The translations under genes were made by a program, and so were the position numbers. Positions 44,401 to 61,656 of a stretch of 64,000 bases of DNA are shown one piece after another. Numbering within the stretch: position 1 is the stretch's first letter; every line of letters begins with the position of its first letter. This stretch comes from Oculina patagonica (lineage: Eukaryota), in the NCBI RefSeq assembly GCF_052425735.1, contig NC_135763.1, positions 37,882,001 through 37,946,000 on the forward strand. The letters run 5' to 3'. The notes under the pieces are model-generated. The model was not told the origin of the DNA. It did no database searches and worked only from the letters and a program-made list of their open reading frames with translations.

Positions 44401-47400
44401 AGTTTTAGACTACTGTCCGTGCAAATAGGCGGACCAGTATGGTCCAAGTTCTGTTCAATAAAGGTGCAAAAAACTGCAGTGTTTGTAAAGTTATCATATC
44501 CATGGGTCAAATGTGGTTAAGTTCTCATTGCCAGTGTGGTTCCGGTGGTAGGCAGCCATAGTAGATGGTACTTGCAGTATAGTAGCTTGGGGGAGGTGAA
44601 TGTACCTTTCATAGGAGTCGGAGCGCCAGCGGCCAAGAATCTTGATGAGCCATGAAGGAAGGCCGGCAGCAGCCGCGGTCGTGGCTGCCCCAATTCTGAA
44701 ACTGTGGGTGTTGTAATTATTGGATTGGAGGCCGCACAAATCAAGTAGAGTGTGTAGGTTAGAGGCCAAGATACGTCATGAGAGAGGAGTGCCATCCTTA
44801 AACTGGAACATGGGGCTCTGCGGGGAGGAGCCAGGTGTTTGTAGAAGGAAGTCTCTTGTGGCAGCCACTGCACAGATGTTAGATTGTGAACTGGCGATGG
44901 TGATAGTTGAAGATTGCCTGAAAGGGTCTGTCTTGGACTTTTTGATGCAGACTGTCATGTGTTGCGGACTGGTGATATTCGGGAAGAATGCAATGTCCTC
45001 ACGGGTGAGGTGCACGTTGCGGTCAAACTGACCGTTACATGTGAGTTCACTGCACCTCAAAAAGCCGAAGAATGCTAAAGAAAAAGCGGCCCAGAGCATA
45101 ACCGTGTCGATATCGAGGGAGTGATTGGGGGAGAGGAGTGTGAAAATGCTTTCGAGGATAAAAAGGGTAATGGGCAGACGGTTTCGTCTGGATAGCCCTA
45201 GGGTACGTTTGATCCCACGGAGGGTGTTTTGGAGGCGAGGCATGTCGGCGAAGTTGAGGTTGCAGTTGAACTCTACATGTAAATTTTGTATCGCTGCTAG
45301 GTAAACTTTAATGGTGTGAAATCTAACATATTCAGCTAAGTGGGAAACAAAATAAATTAAAGTGACCTCCTTAGCGGGGAAGAGAGGGGTGGCAGGTGTT
45401 ACGAGACCAAACTTCAAACAGAACAGGATAAATTGTTTTTCTCCAGATGCATAAGTTCTTCTAGTGGAAGGTGCCAGGGAGCCCCATAGGTAGCTGGAGA
45501 CTTTACTGGTTAAATACGAGTCAGATATTCCGGGATGGGGTAGCCAGTAGGCGAGGCTTCTGGTGCCAGCTCCCTGAAACGTTCCATCTGGAAACGAGAA
45601 AGGGAGTCAGCAATGCCATTCTGGAGGCCTGCTAGATGAACTGCTGTTAGGGTAAAGTTGTGCTGCAGGGTGAAAAGGGTAATGGGCCTAAGGAGATCCA
45701 TGATGCGGGGGATTTTGGAGCTTTTTGTGTTGATAATGGACACCACTGCTTGGTTATCGCAAGAGAAACGGACATGCATATTACGCCAGGAGGGCCCCCA
45801 TACGGCGCAAGCTAAGTAGATGGGAAAAAGTTCCTGCCAGGCAATGCTTATGTCGGGGGAGGACCCTAGTTGCTGGTGGGGATGCCATTTGCCATTGAAC
45901 CAGTGAGGGGAGAAAAAGGCCCCATAGCCAAGTGACCCAGAGGCATCGGTGACTAGGGAGACAAAATCAGAACAGGGGGAAAAAGGAGGGAGGAAAAGAT
46001 TAACCCCATTCCAGGAGGCCAGGAAGAGTGCCCACATGTCCAGGTCTTTTTAGAATTCCTTGCATAGCCGGATAAAAGAGCTGGGATTGGACAAGCCCCG
46101 GGTTAGTGATATCATGCGTCGAAGAAAGGGACGACCAGGGGCCACGACTTTGCATGCAAAATGTAGTGACCCAATGAGTGATTGTAGGTCGCGTAGGCGA
46201 CAGTTGGTTTTAGACTGCCAGGCAGAGACAAGTGAACGAAGCCTGTTCAGTTTGTCGTCTGGGAGTCTGGCTTCCATGCGGGAGGAGTCCAGTAGGATTC
46301 CCATGAATTCTAGTTGTGTAGAGGGGGGAAAGTCTTGCCTGGGGCAAGGGGGATATCCAGGTCAGTAAATACAGTCAGGAGGTTACACAGTGCTGTGGAG
46401 CATTGGGACCGAGGCGGGGTGAGGCCAATAAAGAAATCATCCAGGATGTGCATGACTCCAGTAATGTTGAGTTTGTGGCGAATTATCCATTCCAAAGCAT
46501 CTGATAGCATATTAAATAGGAAGGGGGCGCTCCGGAGCCCAAAGGGGAGTACGGTATCAAAGAAGTAAAGCCCTTTCCACTGCATGCCTAACAGTTCCCA
46601 GTCTTGGGGGTGGATAGGGATTATGCGGAAGGCAGACTGAATGTCTGTCTTGGACATAAATGCACCCTTCCCGAGGGAGAGGAGGAGATGGATGGCATTG
46701 TCCACAGTGATGTACTGGAGGGTGTAATCCTCAATGGGAATATTGGCGTTGATACTAGTGGAGGAGGTTTTAGGGTATGAGAGGTGAAAAATAGTACGCC
46801 ATTTGTCTGAGTGTTTTTTGGGAACTAGACCCAAAGGGGAGATACGAAAATTTTCAAAAGGGGGGACAGGGAAAGGGCCGGCAGTGTGGCCGTTAAGGAC
46901 CTCAGTCAAAAGGTTTTGTTCCAGGATATCTGGGTGGAGGTTGGCGGAGCGTAGGTTGGGGTAAAAAGAGTGTGTCCGGGGACCAGAATACCCAATACGA
47001 AAGCCCTCCCGTAAGCCCAAACAAAGCGAAGTAACAAAATGAGGGTCGGGATGGCCTTCGAGGTAGGATTCGAGAAGATCAACATTAACTGGGGTACGCG
47101 GTTTAATTGTAGAAAGAAAATCATCGACGCTTGTGATCACTTGACTTTGAAGCTGTACTAGGGCGTTTACTGGGGTGGGCGGTGGCAGGGTGAGCTTCGT
47201 TGCAGTTGTAGACTGAACAGCGGTGGGGGTAGGGGCAAGGTGTCCTGATGCAGGCAACTCCCCGGTTGAAATTTCGGCAGGGGTCGCCACCTGAGGTTGG
47301 GTTGTCCCTATGGGAAGAGAGAGGGCAGGAATGAGACATATGGTCGGCCCCACCGCAAGTGAAGCATGCTGAACGCGACATGCCGGTAAATTTTTCCAGA

Positions 47401-50400
47401 TACAACTGGGGGTGGATTTTGGACCAAGTAAGGGTCGGGTCTTGGGCAGCCCTTCTTCTGAAGTCGATATCATAAGCGAGCCAGGAGAGACCTAAGAATT
47501 TTTTTGTGAGCAGACTGGATAATACTAAGGTAAGCAAACATCTCCACGGCCCGGTGTGGAAATGCAGACAAGAGAACGGTGGCAAAAACGGAGAAAGCCG
47601 ACAGCCATCGATCGAAGGAATCGATGGGGACTTTCTTAGCTCTCCGCTGGCTCGGAAAAGAAATAGGTAAAGATTCACCGTTGACAGTAAGGGTAACAAG
47701 ATCGGAAATGGTCGAGAAAGCGGTAGAATTCTCGGGTAACAGCGACACAAAATCAACGTACTCACCCTTTACAATAGCTTTCCGAGTTTTTTCGTCGATG
47801 TGCACCGCGAGGTCACCGGAGTTTGAAGCTGGAGTACTGGATAGGAGCTGTTGTACGGAGTTTGGATCGCCCAAGTTAACGGCTGGGTCCACCGTTGATG
47901 CACTTGCTTGTCCTGGCGCGTTAGTGAGGGTGGCCAATTTGCTTTCGACGATCGCCGAGACGATTGATGTTATCTGATCCACGGTGATCGGAGACTGTGC
48001 ATGTGCTTCGTTGCGTGGTTCTTCGCCAGTGGTGTTGCCATCTGGCGTTGGATTTGCGGCCTGATCGTCAGGTTCCTCTATGGACTCGGCGTCAGGAGTG
48101 ACTTCGGTAGTGCGAACACGCGTTGAAGAGGTTTTTTTACGTTTGGGACGTCCAGCGGGCGCACGGCTACCGGTCCGTTTGGCTGGTTGTTGTTGCGCCT
48201 GGAGGCGCGCGGTTCAAAGAGCGGGGTACAGATCGCCGGAAAAACACATCCACGGGGAGAGCAAGGTTTAATTGAGCTAAACATTAACTCCAGTTTATGC
48301 TTTGGCAAAAACAGCCACAAAAATCAAAAATAAAGACGCCTGTAAAAGCACTACTCTCGCTGTAGTCATCCGAAAATGAAGGAAGCGAAGTCTTTCTGCC
48401 GCCGAGGATTTCTTATCTTTTTTACTGGTGCATGAATGTACGCCGCTCGGGGCGCCAGTGTGTAAACAAAGGTCGCGATGGTCACGTTTGTCATGCTTTC
48501 TTGTAATGTGTAGTCACGAAAACGAATGGACTAAAAGTATGTTTCTTAACATGGCGAACGTTTATTAAGATAGAATAAAAGTTTCACAGAAGGTTCAGGA
48601 ATTTATGGCATTTATTTGCGGAGAATGTGTTATCTTTCGGGCGACAAACGCCGACATGACAACTGTGATTATGCAAATGTCGGCTTTACCGTTCAGCTAC
48701 ATTTTTGCCGATAAGAATTATTTCGAGCCGATCAAAATAGCTATTTTCAGTCAATTCTAAATTTAATGCTAGGTTCGTGATTAGTGTTTAGTAATACGAT
48801 TTTTACGGCTCGATAGTAGTCTAGCCTTTATACATTCCGTAACCAGGCGCGTAGGAGGGGGGTTCGAGGGGTTCGAACGAACCCCCTTTGGAGGTCAATA
48901 ATGGAAGACCGAAAACACAAACTGTTGATTTTCAGCTTTTAACAAATAGTGGGGGAATGGAAAACAAACTTTGAGAGTTGCAGCTTTTAAATTACCCTGC
49001 ACGAAAACGCTAAAAGTATCGGGAAAGTATTAAATTGTTAGGAGAATGGATCTTAGTGCCCTAGTATTATATGTAGTCAAAATAATCCCATTGCTGAAAA
49101 AGTATTTCCTTAACAGGCGTCCGGGATTTGATAAATGGAGTATCAATAAACAAAATGCGGGGATTACTATTTCGGGGGACCCAGGTGATACGTGCATTCA
49201 TAGTTAGTACTAACTATGGTGCATTTAGTGCATATTGACGATTTGACGCCGCTTTTAGTACATTGAAGGTGGAGCCGGGGTGGGGGCTTAACCTTTGCAG
49301 CACACATCAAGCTTTTGTAAAACGTTTAGTGTACTAAGCCGGTATGTATGTATGAATGTATCAAGTTAACAAAACGCCGGAAATATTGTTGTTATGACTA
49401 AAAATACCTGTTATTTTACACTCCATCGAGTTTGAAATATTGACGTACACAATGCTGAAAATAGCATTTCCGGGCCTCTAGATTCAAAATATTCTGGGGG
49501 AACATGCCCCCAGATCCCCCTAGAGGCTCGCGCCTTCGGCGCTCGTATTAAATAACCCCCCTTAATAAATATTCCTGTCAATACGAACACCCTTACAAAA
49601 ACTTCAGCTACGCGCCTGGTAACACACTTAATTTTAGCCCTCTGCACTTCAGCCATCGTTTTAACTGATCCACAGTGTAGTTCTCTGCTTCACTTTCAAA
49701 TTTCGAGCCAGGAACGCCATCATTTTGCGTGAGAACGGTCAAAGACCGAAGCGAAGTGCTCGCGAGCGACATAATTTCTACATATCGCTCTTGTAGTTTG
49801 TCTGAGTCAAGTGGGGGGTCTCAATTTTGGTGACGTCATTTGTGCGCGACACTATTAAAACCCTATACAAACCATTGACTTATTAAAACCCACTGTTGGC
49901 ATCAATGTTTGTTAAGACTGAGGGGAGGGGGAGGGGGGCTGGGCATAGGCTGGGGATGTGACAGCAGATATCTGCTCCTAGTGAGGCCTTCCAAGGGGTT
50001 TTGCCGACAGGCAACATTTCTCTAAACTAGCTAAAAATGTAGCGACAATCTTGTTCCAGAGCACCGAAAGCCGGCAGAAACCTGAAAGGTTGAATATTTG
50101 CGACAGCGACAATGTTTCCCTTGCCAAATATAATAAGCGACAAGTGGGTTCGAATCGAGCAACAAAGCGACATCAGAAACCCTCTTGGAAGGCCTCCCTA
50201 GTGGGGGCTTTTGGGTTTACCTCGGTGTAAAAACTTATGAAATTTTTCTTTGTCTTGGAGCTATTGTATTTTTGCTCTATATTAATTCGAGTTCTTTGTT
50301 GTCTTGATCGTTCACTGTTTTATGTCACAAGGTAGTTTCACAGGTTTTTACACTGAGCATGCGCCGGACTTTTGACTGCGTGTAGTGGACTTTTTACACA

Positions 50401-50928
50401 TTATTAACGCTGCATGACGTCAACTGACGCTTTTTTAAATCATCCAAAAATACCTTCGTGTAGGGCATAATTTTGAACAGAAAATCTCAGCTAGGTTCAA
50501 ATCACCCGCCTATGCCCGGCCTTCCCGGCTCCCTGTGGTAAGGGCAGAACAACCAGAACTTACATGTACGAAGAATCGAATGCTTATAATTTTTCCCAGA
50601 TATATTTTCATTTAGCAATGTTTATGGTCTGTAATGGAACCTTTTTTGGCTAAGGTGCGAAGCCAGGTTTGGAAATTTTAGCCAAATCCCGGGAGAAAAA
50701 TAAGCTTATACGCTCCACAGGGACGTTTTGCAAAAGCAACTTATAGCATGAAAACTAACCTCTGCCTCAGCTTCCACGCCAAGTATTCGAGCTTCACCAG
50801 ACACTATCATAAAAATCAGAGTTAACACATGATGTAGCACCTAATTTCAAGACGAATTTAACGAATAGAAAGCTGTCTTTACCTTCTTCGTTTGGTGAAG
50901 TCGGCGGAGGAGAGACGTTTCCCTCCAT
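38480..50928 (-). CDS. PPP1R7: Protein phosphatase 1 regulatory subunit 7 (Sds22), 10 exons
   Basis: Exons 50928-50883, 50803-50760, ~42260-42195, ~42120-41990, ~41523-41360, ~41281-41207, ~40894-40853, ~40345-40241, ~39681-39595, ~38653-38480. They encode SDS22-type LRRs (LEELDLYDNQITQIEGL, GKNKITKLQNL) and the cap YLERNPI...YRRKVKLALPTVTQIDAT. Confidence 0.93.
38700..39010. mobile_element. MITE in a PPP1R7 intron (partial inverted copy at ~24050-24310)
   Basis: CATTCTCGTCCC.ATAGCCC and GGGCTATGGGGACGAGAATG TIRs. Confidence 0.7.
44494..45500 (-). pseudogene. Tyrosine recombinase with in-frame stop
   Basis: FFGFLRCSE, SKTD, HSFRIGAAT, GRWRSDSYERY; premature TGA at 44778-44776. Confidence 0.9.
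45510..47160 (-). pseudogene. RT/RNase H (one frameshift, one nonsense codon)
   Basis: KTDIQSAFR, LPFGLRSAP, HILDDFF, TDAS, QELFPI, CDN, ADSLSR. Frame change near 46325 and TAA at 46052-46050. Confidence 0.9.
47121..48130 (-). pseudogene. Gag-like ORF (frameshifted)
   Basis: IVKGEYVDFVSLL, WLAYDIDFRR, CCHC knuckle CFTCGGADHMSHSC and CRNFN Zn finger. Frameshift at an A-run near 47500. Confidence 0.8.
48844..49618. mobile_element. Non-autonomous DNA transposon
   Basis: CAGGCGCGTAG and CTACGCGCCTG TIRs flanked by a GTAAC direct repeat. Confidence 0.7.
49983..50196. mobile_element. MITE
   Basis: GAGGCCTTCCAAG and CTTGGAAGGCCTC TIRs flanked by a CCTAGT direct repeat. Confidence 0.7.
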
Positions 50929-51073
50929 TTTCACTTGTCAAACGATGTCAGACGATGTCAAACTATACTCTTGCCAGCGGTATCACGATAATGTTGTGTA
51001 TGTGTACACGAAATGTCAAGCACACCCAACAATGCAAGATGGCGGCTGAAAGAGGTTGAGAAGTTGTGTAAAC
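50929..51073. promoter_or_regulatory. Bidirectional promoter PPP1R7/PIGP
   Basis: Only 145 bp between divergent ATGs; YY1-type CAAGATGGCGGC at ~51035. Confidence 0.7.
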
Positions 51074-52694
51074 ATGACAGAACATTCTCCTTCTCCCACC
51101 CCTGAAAGAGCAATTTATGGATTTGTACTATATTTAGGCACCTATTTTGGATTTGGTAAGCACCTATTTTGGATTTCTTCTAGAACATCTATAAGCTTAT
51201 TATCTGTTTATAATAAAGCGATATGATGGTAAAGCCAAATATTTTTTTGTTTTACCTAGTAAGGTATACTTAACTTTCCTTAATTTACCTAATGTTTTAA
51301 TCACCAGGCTTGTATTTCATCTGGGCCTGCGTTCCAGAAGAATGGCTTCATAGTATTGGGATAACCTATCTTCCTCAAAGGTTTTAACTCATTAGATATG
51401 TATTTATTGAGAAAAATCACTTTAGATCCATTAAATGTACCCAGTAATTACTAAATAGATTAAACTGTAACATTTACATCTTTGTATCAGGTTTAAGCTG
51501 TATTTTAGTTCTTTACAATTCTAAATGACCCATGCTTTCAGCCCAAGAACAGCAGCTTTCGTAATTTTGCAATTCTACTGGCCCTCCAGTGTAGCAGTTG
51601 CTATGTTTTTTTTTTTTTTTGTTGTTGTTGTTGTTGTTGTTGTTTTTTTTTTTTTTTTTTTGGGGGGGGGGGCTAGGGGCATTGTTCCTGTTGTTTGTTC
51701 TATTGTTCTCTGGAAGGGAAGGGAGCCATTCATGCGAGACGTTGCGAGAGCTGCTCCGCAAGAAAGCAATCTCTTGAGTACCCATGCCTTTTACATAGTG
51801 TCATGTTTGATTCAGACCACTTTACCATTTCTCTTATTTAATCTTTGCTTTTGTTTATCAGGTACTGGGTGTTAGCTGGACCAATTTATCTTTGTGTTGC
51901 ATTTTTATTTGTGGTTGTCCTTTATGTGGCATACAATTTCACCATCACTCTCCCAGCGGACTCCATCAACACAATAACAGGTTTGTGTGGCTTTTTGCAG
52001 ACCTTTCACGTCAAAGGAGAAAAGGGAGTTTTATTTTTATTTCTAATTAGTTTTTATTTCTAATTAATCAGTTATAAGAATGTGCAGTTCCAGAAAATAT
52101 CCATACCCACCCAAAGATCACTGAAAATTTTTGAAGGGGTGCGGTCTCAAAAGTAAAATTTTTTTAAAGGAAAGTGTGGGGCTTAACTGGAATTTTCAGA
52201 GGGTTGGGGGATTCAAATAAAAAACCTTCTGTTTCATTACTCACATAATTTTAATGAAGAGCAGCAGTCCATTAAATCTTAAAATATGTGATTGATAGTA
52301 CTTAATTTAAACTGTAGCCTCTGTTGACACTGCTCTTCATTCTAGAGGGAAAGTAACACTTTGGAAGTTGGAACCAAAGTTTAAGTTTAAAAATTTCTGG
52401 TTCAGGGGTCGAGGGGAGCCCCTTGCCCTCCCCCTACAGGCCTGTAAGCTACCCTATCTTGTGATCAGTGACCAACTATTGACATTTTTCAGTGAAATAA
52501 ATTAAACATTACCACACTTGTATGCATATTAAAGGAAAGTTGTTGAGTGAGAAATCAATATGCTGATGTTTGTTTTTACAGATAAACATGCTCGACATGT
52601 GGGTAATGAAACAAAACCAGTGCCTGCTGGGTCAGTTCCACCAATCCATGATATTCCACTCAGCCAAGTGAACAGAGTTCTTTATAAACACTGA
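51074..52694 (+). CDS. PIGP: GPI-GlcNAc transferase subunit P, 4 exons
   Basis: [20 protein letters not shown] / [24 protein letters not shown] / YWVLAGPIY...SINTIT / ...[19 protein letters not shown], with GT/AG junctions. Confidence 0.92.
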
Positions 52695-53971
52695 GAAAGC
52701 AGCTGCTTTGTGAAATGAAATGAACTGCTTTGTGCCCAGGTGATGGGAGCAGTGGGTTCAAATGGATCTACCGCCAAGCGTGAAATGGAGGGAGACGTTG
52801 GAACTTGACAAACATTTACCATGAACATTTTAGTTGTCTTTTAACATTGTAATTAAATAGGCCAGTTATATGAAAGTCAAGCCACAGCCGAAAAACCCAA
52901 TCTGAACAATGGGCTATTTTTAATGTGGTCACTCTTTTGCTAGAAAATGGGGTTGTTTAATAAAAACGGTGACCAACACTTTAATACAACAAAAATACGT
53001 CAGTTGTGATAAAATGGATGTTTGTAAGGTGGGGCTCTACTAAAGATAGGTAGGGACCAGGGCCTTGAAGGGACTAGCCGACAGTCAAGTTCAAGGACAG
53101 GTGTGACACTTCAATAGGAAAACTATCATTCTTAGGAGCACAGTGCAATTTTCATTGCTAACTGATCTTCTGAAGGTGAACACAATCAGGTTGTGTAGTT
53201 CACAAAAATTTCAATTTTTCACCACAACTTGGCTACCTACCAAAACTCCCAACCTGCCTGCTGAGTTCTTACCTAAGTACTGGGCATGCCAGTTTTCTCA
53301 TAACTGAGCACAGCATTGTAACAGTGGAATTAGGAATAAGGTGTAACATTGATTAACTGGGCCACACCACTCAGCAGGAAACAGATTGAAAAGGATGCAG
53401 TCATTTTTAAATCTATGTGAGACAGCAGATATCATGCACACAGGTTTTGTAAGAACTCTTTAATATTTGCTTTGGCCTTGAGCTAAGATGCAAATAACTG
53501 AAGACAACAATTTTCATAACTACATTCATAATAATATTACAAAATCTTTTTTTTATTAAGAACATGAATAAGTTGCAAATGAAAGGCATTCTACAAAACT
53601 AGAGGAAATACAAGCTGAAGACTGGCATTAAATCATTTCATAATTCCTGTTATGATTAGCAATTATTAGTACCACACAATCCTCATCCACATTTTGCTAT
53701 AGGCTGTATTGGGGAATATTGGATCCCTAGTCTTGCTTTTCTTGTTTCAGTTTGTTCGTTTTTTTGTAGACCTTGCTTGACAAGGTTGTCCATACCGTCG
53801 TGACCTTAAGCAAGGTCAATATTGATATTCCCCAGTACAGCCCTTGGTAGAGGAAACAGACATGTCCAGAATGCTTAACCTGAAAATTTTGTGATCTCAA
53901 ACATGGAAAAACGTAATATCTTCAAGACAGTAAGATTAGTTTTGAGGTAACTGCTTGAGTTAAAATGTTAT

Positions 53972-54329
53972 TAGGGAGCTTTAGCGAACCACAATGGCAA
54001 CATGAATGAAAACGTCACCAAACAACAGGTTTAATGAGCCCTGCACGTGCGTTTTATATCCTGGTACATTTCTTGGCTGTTCTCTGCAAAACAACAACAT
54101 CATATGACCAAGTTCTGCGTATTCTAAAGAGCGTGAATGACGTCGGCTAAATTTTCGAATTCTATTTGATGATAAACGCTTTCTGACATATTTAGCTCCA
54201 GCTTGTTCCTAAACCAATAGATACACTGAATACATTTGGATAATAGCGAGATTCTCAAGTAAAATATAAATTCACCTTGCACCAGGCATTGTCCCTGGCA
54301 TGGGCGTCGTTATTGCTAAAGCTCCCTAT
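53972..54329. mobile_element. MITE
   Basis: TAGGGAGCTTTAGC and GCTAAAGCTCCCTA TIRs. Confidence 0.7.
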
Positions 54330-54863
54330 TAACTGTAGTTGGTTGCCTGACCAAAAGAAGTATCGACAACTCATTCTTGACTGGCAACTATTGAATAAAG
54401 TGATCTTATCAAAGGCCACCATGGATGTAAAGTAACCATACTCATAAAATTTACCCCAGTAGCTCCCAATGTACTTATTTGGTTAGTTAGTTGCGTTAAA
54501 TCTACCTTTGCTTAGTTTAAATTAAGGCCAAAATGTGATCTACAGCCTACTCAGGTAATCAAACAGAGTTCATTTTACAAGGAAGCCAAAAGCATGAGTT
54601 TTTGAAAAGATTGATAACCTGCAAGATCATGGCTTCCATGTTGTTCTATTAAAATGTAAGTTACCCTTACACTGGGTGAAATGTTTTTTTTTTTGGCGAG
54701 TAATTTTCACTGGGTCCTCAATCTGTGAAAAATATTGATACCAGAAAATTATACAAAAGTTCTAGAGATTTTAGAAATCCCCAGGCTGTGACTAATTAAT
54801 TTTCACATCACAAATTGAAGATTGTTTCAGTGTTTGATCAAAGAAGTCGCTAAGTCTATAAAA

Positions 54864-59432
<4,569 letters not shown>

Positions 59433-59653
59433 GGTAAATGTAAAGTGTATCCAAAGCCCTAAACACTTATAATATTTTAAACAGAAAACAACTTTCGAAG
59501 CGGCAAATAAACCCCTACAACCAGCCGGAAACACCGCTTTCTCCACAAGATGGCCGCCGCTCCTACCACACCAGCAAAACAACCAATCATACGTCACTTA
59601 CCAAATATGGCTTATGCCAACAAGAAAGTTAATTTTAAGTCTTCGCACTCAAA

Positions 59654-60335
59654 AGAGTGAATTCGTGTAACCCGTTTTTTATATGCTAATGCGCTGTGTA
59701 ATATTTTAATGAGCTGTACAGGAAAACAGAAAATTGCGGACAAATCGTAAGTATTTGCAAGTGGAAGTCAGGTTAAAATTCGTGTATTACTGTAAAATTC
59801 AAGCATTTACCAGTATGTAAAAACAAAAAACAGATAACGGGGCTTAAAATTTATCATGCCTTGAATTGTCTTGCGATTTTAGATAAACATTTTATATTCA
59901 ACATCGCGTAAAGAAAAACAAATTAAGCTTGACTGTAACACAATTCTGCGCGCGCAATCCAATGGGGAGCTTTAGCAAATCACGATGACAAACAACTTTT
60001 GTTTAGCAAACAAAAGGTTTTTAAAATTAGCAGGAAAATAGCTGCGTGTTCCATTACTCTTGACAAATTTCTTTCCCGTCTTCTGAAAAACAACAACTTG
60101 AAATGACTAAATCCTTCGTATTTTAAACCAGACCGCTAATTTTTCGATTTAGGTTCAACAAGTTCTTAAAGTGCTTAAAGAAAGACACCTCCTGTTTATA
60201 CTTATTTTCTGTATAACTATTAAAGTGATTTCTTTGAGGTTTTCTGACCACTCGTGTATTGTTTTATTTTACACAAACATTAGAATATTATACGACTCAT
60301 TAACATATAAAAAACGGGTTACACGAATTCACTCT
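59654..60335. mobile_element. Non-autonomous DNA transposon with AGAGTGAATTCGTGTAACCCG TIRs
   Basis: ~55-bp imperfect TIRs with AAA on both flanks. Confidence 0.75.
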
Positions 60336-61656
60336 AAAGGCAGATCATTCTGGCAAATTTAACAGGGAAATGAGTTGGAAAAATATATGTACATATATCT
60401 GCAAGCGTTCAAAAGAGTCTAAAAGAAATTTAAATACCAGCCATCAAGGCGCTTTATGTCCTTTATTTTTTTCTTGTGACGTAGCGCCCCTCCACTCCCA
60501 AAGTTGAGCTAACTATTTTAGTATCAGTTTTCACTATTTTTTTCCCATCAGTTTCTTCTCCGAGGTTTTACGTTTCGCTATAATGCGCTGTTTCTATCAT
60601 TTTTTCTCCCTCTTTTTCAGCTAAAAAATAATTTGAAAAAGATGTCACAAATAAAACGGTCATCTTGTAAAAATTCACGGTCAATTTATTTTTGTTCAAA
60701 TTAACATTCAATAATTTATTTGTCGTATTTCGATACAAAAACGAAAATCTGTCATATGTAAAGCAGACATGACCACATTAGTAAATGGAGCTCTAATTTG
60801 AAAGTCAAATTCTCTTACAAAGAGATGATGTAATTCATTATTTTGGTCTATTATTCTCGACACGTTGTTTTAAAATCATTCAAAATTCAAAACACTCGGC
60901 TTTCCAAAACACTACCGGAAACATTGTAAGGGGAACAGTCAATGGTCACTAAAGATTTTCTGATTTCGGATGTCAGATATTTCACAGGTATGAGATTTAA
61001 TACAAAGCAGTTTTTAATTGAGAAAGGTTTAGAGAATTATTTTACTGGTTATAACTCACAAATTCACCTGTTGTATTAATTGAACAAATTTTTCTAATAG
61101 CATAACCATAACTGGGGTGTATCGTATTCGATGACTTGCGGAACACTTCCCTCGATTTAACCGCACAGAATCTCTTAGGAATATTTGGCCGATTATCTAT
61201 TTTTCCGTCTATCATGAATTTTATACTCAGTCTTAAAGTAGACTTGACAAATGTTATTTTAAGCGAGGTAAACATCATTTCAAAATTTCGCGTGCTTCAC
61301 TGCATTGTCACAATTGAAATTTCCAAAATTCGCGTGCCGGAGATATAAAAAATTGCCTACCGAAAGAAAATCGAAAATCCTTCGTCCCGGAAGCGGAGAG
61401 TGTTCGTTCAGTTAAAGTTTTAAAATCCCCAAATCAAAATGATATTTGGCAATATTCTAATAAAACTGACTTCAAATAATCTCCAAATTTGGCGCGAAGT
61501 TATTACGTGACACTTCACGATATGGCGTTACTGTACTTGAAGAGACTGCAAATTATTTTTGGGGTAAAGCTAGTCTTGTAAGTCTCCATAGGCGTTTCTG
61601 TGGTCTAAAACAACAATTTTGACTCAGTTCTGCATTTTTATATCAGGAATTTGACG

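Larger units (their letters stand above)
43089..48317 (-). mobile_element. Ngaro/DIRS-type tyrosine-recombinase retrotransposon, full-length but decayed
   Basis: Split direct repeats A1 (~48210-48317), B1 (~43879-44191), A2 (~43771-43878) and B2 (~43089-43401), with gag, RT/RNase H and YR ORFs. Confidence 0.93.

Noticed and set aside
51513-51875. ORFs with poly-K/N/V/F
   Set aside because: Intronic microsatellite and homopolymer runs in PIGP.
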